From Camelus ferus (lineage: Eukaryota): a DNA stretch of 64,000 nt. The first letter of the stretch is position 1. Every line of letters starts with the position of its first letter. The notes below the pieces were generated by a model, which worked only from the letters and a program-made list of their open reading frames with translations, was not told where the DNA came from and ran no database searches. Shown here in pieces: positions 63,220 through 64,000 of this stretch. A program made the translations under genes and the position numbers. The DNA is taken from assembly GCF_009834535.1 (NCBI RefSeq), contig NC_045697.1, forward strand, positions 104,410,001 to 104,474,000, read 5' to 3'.

Positions 63220-64000
63220 CATGGCCATTAAAGTACAAGGCCATCACTGCTATTGAAGGCATCAGCAGTGTGCCAAGAGTAGAAATAGAGAAACCAAAAA
63301 CAGTATCCATTCTAACGGTCCAAATCAGATGACGATGGATTAGAGTACTGGCAGTAGAGGCTGGGGAAAAGGATGAATTCAAAATTTGTTTTGGGAGTAG
63401 AAATGACAGGACTCAAGATATAATTGTGAAAAAAAAGAGGAAACAACAGCACATCCAAGTACACACATCAAAAGTGTATACAGTTGGATAGATGGGTTCA
63501 GAGTATGGATGGAAAAAATTTAACAGGAGAATCTGAGTTTGAGAATTGTCTGCAAATGGGTGATACTTAAAACCATGGAATGATGAGAGTTCCTAAGTAG
63601 AGACTGTGGATGGGGAAGGAAAGAGGACCAAGACCTGAGCCCTAGGGAGCCCCTGCATGTAGAAGTCAGGAAGCGAGAAGAGCCTATGAAGGCAACTAAT
63701 AAAGAAGTAGAGGAAAACCAGAGTGCACCATCACAGACACCACAAGATGCAAGGATTATAAAATAATCCAGACAGACGACTGGCTGTACACAGTTGAAAG
63801 ATCAAATAAAACAAGAACATATTCCATCTCATTAGATTCGGCAACATCGAGGCTATTGATGATCTTGACAAAAACGTTGTCAGTGAAGTTTGCTGGATTG
63901 GAACCAATCTGGAAGGGGTTGTAGAACAAACAGAAGGTGAAGAGCTAGAGGCACCCCATAGAAATAACTTTATAAGTGGCTTGTAAAGGGGGCCAGAGAA
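63220..64000 (-). mobile_element. L2 fragment running to the window end
   Basis: gatggattagag...ggcagtagagg...gactgtggat...aagacctgagccctaggg...gatcttgacaa...cagtgaagt...aaccaatctgga. Confidence 0.75.

Noticed and set aside
1..64000. Apparent abundance of AP-1 sites (TGASTCA)
   Set aside because: The sites are scattered, not clustered, and plausibly explained by base composition and TG/CA excess.
1..64000. CRISPR array, operon or other prokaryotic/viral gene system
   Set aside because: No regularly spaced repeats and no gene-dense coding; the sequence is mammalian repeat-rich non-coding DNA.

Overview
Mammalian non-coding genomic DNA, AT-rich and repeat-dense. It is very likely camelid: it carries eight copies of a tRNA-Ala-derived SINE of the vic-1 type, plus cetartiodactyl-type L1 3' ends. 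I found no recognisable host protein-coding exon, RNA gene, CRISPR array or prokaryotic system, so the window reads as a large intron or intergenic tract. A large share is transposon debris: MIR, L2, old and young L1, an ancient HAL1, MaLR/ERVL/ERV1 LTRs and hAT MITEs (MER5, Charlie4-like, MER69A). Family names come from recalled consensus similarity and need RepeatMasker/Dfam confirmation; boundaries without a TSD are approximate. Most interesting items: (i) a young L1 derivative at 23.9-25.7 kb that keeps all of ORF1 but jumps from the inter-ORF spacer to the last ~120 codons of ORF2 (half-L1 or spliced-L1 architecture), with a mutated polyA signal and a possible 3' transduction; (ii) a MER21-type LTR at 58.1-60.6 kb hosting two tail-to-tail ERV1 LTRs with reconstructable TSDs and a twin-primed inverted L1; (iii) candidate minus-strand splice signals: an LTR with TATA and GTAAGT donor, a 46-nt exon candidate, and a CAG|GTAAG recursive-splice-like site.
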